Shown: positions 62,133 through 64,000 of the stretch, in pieces
Layout: every line of letters starts with the position of its first letter
Position numbering within the stretch: the first letter of the stretch is position 1
NCBI GenBank assembly: GCA_041675505.1
Contig: JBAYTR010000005.1
Span: 53,871 to 117,870, forward strand
Length of the DNA stretch: 64,000 bases
Direction of reading: 5' to 3'
Origin: Bacteroidia bacterium
GTDB lineage: Bacteria; Bacteroidota; Bacteroidia; UKL13-3
Program-made: the position numbers and the translations under genes
The notes under the pieces: model-generated
Seen by the model: only the letters and a program-made list of their open reading frames with translations
The model's database searches: none
What the model was told of the DNA's origin: nothing

Positions 62133-63163
62133 GTTCATTTCGTCTGTTGTTTTTGCTTTCAGTTGCACTAACGGTATTTGCCTGTAAAGAAGAAATTCCG
62201 CAAGCACCTGAATTGCCTTCAGCACAAAGTAACCGTTTGGTGTACGTAATTAACGAGGGGAATTTTCAGTGGGGCAATGCTACCATCACCCGCTTTGATC
62301 GCATCAGCAAACAAAAAACGCACGATGATTTTTTTGAAAGTGCCAACCAACGCCCTTTGGGTGATGTGGCACAATCCATCACCTTTCACAACGGATTGGG
62401 GTATCTCGTCATCAATAATTCCTCTAAAATTGAAGTAGTAGATTCCACCACGTTTGTTACCAAAGGTGTCATCAGCGGATTGACTTCACCGCGTTACCTG
62501 TTACCTGTGGGAGGCAATAAAGCCTATGTAACCGATATTTATTCCAACTGCATTTGGGTGGTGAATCTGAATACGCGTACACTCATTAAAACCATTCCTT
62601 GTCGCGGGTGGACGGAAGAGTTGCTTTTGCACAATGGCAAAGTATGGGTTACCAACCTGCGCACCAATTACCTCTATCGCATCAATCCGGTTACAGATAT
62701 TATGGAAGATAGTGTGTTGCTCGGCTTTCCCGCAGGTTCTTTAGTAACGGATGCCGGCAATAAATTGTGGGTATTGTGCAGTCAGGTTTTGCAAGCCAAT
62801 GCGCCTTCCCGTTTGATGCAACTCAACGCACAAGGTACGCAGGTACTCAAAATATTTGATTTGGGCACGGGAGCAGGAAAGGTGTTGCGCACCAACCCCG
62901 ACCGCACGCAGCTCTACTGGATAAAGGGCCACATTTACAGCATGCACATCACTGCTGATTCACTTCCTGTTGCTCCTTTAATAACCAAACAGTCGGGTGA
63001 AAATTTTTACAGTTTAGGAATAGATCCTGTGAGCGGAGAGATTTATGCAGGCGATGCACTCGATTATGTGCAGAAGGGAAACGTGAAATGTTTCACTCCT
63101 GCAGGAGCATTCATCACCTCATTTAAAGCGGGTATCACACCGGGAAATTTTGCATTTAATTAA
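62117..63163 (+). CDS. Beta-propeller (YncE/YVTN-like) surface lipoprotein, a candidate BtuG-like B12-binding protein
   Basis: Lipobox 'LTVFAC'. Repeated 'YV.N.G' blade motifs ('LVYVINEGNF', 'KAYVTDIYSN', 'KVWVTNLRTN'). It overlaps the upstream gene by 16 nt. Confidence 0.5.
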   Translation: MDDSMSSFRLLFLLSVALTVFACKEEIPQAPELPSAQSNRLVYVINEGNFQWGNATITRFDRISKQKTHDDFFESANQRPLGDVAQSITFHNGLGYLVINNSSKIEVVDSTTFVTKGVISGLTSPRYLLPVGGNKAYVTDIYSNCIWVVNLNTRTLIKTIPCRGWTEELLLHNGKVWVTNLRTNYLYRINPVTDIMEDSVLLGFPAGSLVTDAGNKLWVLCSQVLQANAPSRLMQLNAQGTQVLKIFDLGTGAGKVLRTNPDRTQLYWIKGHIYSMHITADSLPVAPLITKQSGENFYSLGIDPVSGEIYAGDALDYVQKGNVKCFTPAGAFITSFKAGITPGNFAFN

Positions 63164-63494
63164 GATGGAACACAAAACCTGTGAACGTTGTGAAGCTGAG
63201 TTTACCTGCAATGTATCGAACATCAGCAATTGCTGGTGCATGGATGTGCAGGTAAATGCTGCGGCTAAAGGAGTGATTGCCGCCAGCTACAACGATTGTT
63301 TATGTGAAAAGTGTTTGAAAGAAATTGCTTTAGAAACGGCCGATAAGCCACTTACCCGGGAAGAATTGAAACCCAACGAACATTATTATTACAACGAAAA
63401 AGGCTTAATGGTGCTCACCGCCACCTACCTGTTACGTAGAGGTTACTGCTGTGAAAACGGCTGCCTGCATTGCCCTTATGGGTTTAGGAAGTAA
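63150..63494 (+). CDS. Cysteine-rich 'CWC'-type small protein (11 Cys in 114 aa)
   Basis: 'CERCEAEFTC...NCWCMD...CLCEKC' plus C-terminal 'GYCCENGCLHCPYGF'. It is translationally coupled to the beta-propeller gene by a 14-nt overlap. Confidence 0.5.
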   Translation: MHLIKMEHKTCERCEAEFTCNVSNISNCWCMDVQVNAAAKGVIAASYNDCLCEKCLKEIALETADKPLTREELKPNEHYYYNEKGLMVLTATYLLRRGYCCENGCLHCPYGFRK

Positions 63495-63569
63495 GTCCTA
63501 AGTAGTGGCTTGTGACGGCACGAACCACAGCAGGTGTATCCTTTTTTGTAAGATAAGGACGCCCTATGA

Positions 63570-63947
63570 CTAGTCAGTTTTAATTTCAATTGGCACTTCA
63601 ATCATATTTTTGACTGTTGTGTACAATTCAACATCTTGTGCAGGTGTCTCCAAAGAAATGATGAGGGAATAGCGGGTTGAATTTTCAACTTTTCCAAGAT
63701 GCTTTCTTTCACGCCACCAACCAATAATTGGGAAAACGGCAATCAAATTACAAGTTGCTAAATCTGCTGCAGTTCCTTCCCAATAGTCGGAATGAATTGA
63801 GCCGTTGCTGCGATTATTCGCTCCAATTACCCATCTATTACTACCTGAGTTGCCATTTACTTCTTCATTCTCTTCGCGGGCTTCAACATTTACACGTTTT
63901 CTAAATTCATCTTCTTCCTCGCCAACATTATTAATATCAAAACGCAA
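63570..63947 (-). CDS. Hypothetical protein
   Basis: ORF only. The N-terminal region is acidic. Confidence 0.3.
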   Translation of the reverse strand: MRFDINNVGEEEDEFRKRVNVEAREENEEVNGNSGSNRWVIGANNRSNGSIHSDYWEGTAADLATCNLIAVFPIIGWWRERKHLGKVENSTRYSLIISLETPAQDVELYTTVKNMIEVPIEIKTD

Positions 63948-64000
63948 TCCATGTGATTGATAGCGGTATTTATCCTTCCACCCAATTTCACCTGCTCCGG

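Overview
This 64 kb window looks like a Bacteroidota chromosome segment, most likely Chitinophagia/Sphingobacteriia-like. The evidence is indirect: many type-IX-secretion (T9SS) C-terminal sorting domains, 'A-Q' signal-peptidase sites, a eukaryote/archaeal-type ProRS, a split MetH, and a 'four-helix-bundle' gene. Gene content is mostly housekeeping: gyrB, sucC, aat, metH, proS, folA, pntAB, kdsC, ubiA-like, dinB and a System-I-like ccmBCDEF cluster. These are interleaved with accessory loci. The regions I consider most worth a second look are:
- A cobalamin-riboswitch-controlled five-gene operon (57.9-63.5 kb): a BtuB-like TonB-dependent receptor, a DUF4465-like protein and a second protein that both carry T9SS C-terminal domains (CTDs), a beta-propeller lipoprotein, and a small cysteine-rich 'CWC' protein. 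It looks like a B12 capture system whose surface components are routed through T9SS.
- A SAM-I-riboswitch-controlled split metH operon with a stand-alone CheY-like receiver gene between the two halves.
- A tandem array of four diverged secreted paralogs (5.7-10.2 kb), each apparently an N-terminal K-rich domain plus a small outer-membrane beta-barrel.
- A roughly 430 bp mini-element with 17-bp imperfect terminal inverted repeats carrying a four-helix-bundle gene, inserted between pntAB and pntB.
- A family of AT-rich short repeats ('cgcttcgcttaattttgaatttttaatg' and 'aatcagtggcag'), present as four degenerate tandem units upstream of ccmB with related motifs elsewhere in the window.
- A CcmE with a CxxxY heme-binding variant.
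- An AT-rich islet of orphan secreted genes with a duplicated leader/hairpin module, lying between a WYL regulator and dinB.
No rRNA, tRNA or CRISPR array was found. All calls rest on reading the provided translations and the DNA by eye; no searches were run.
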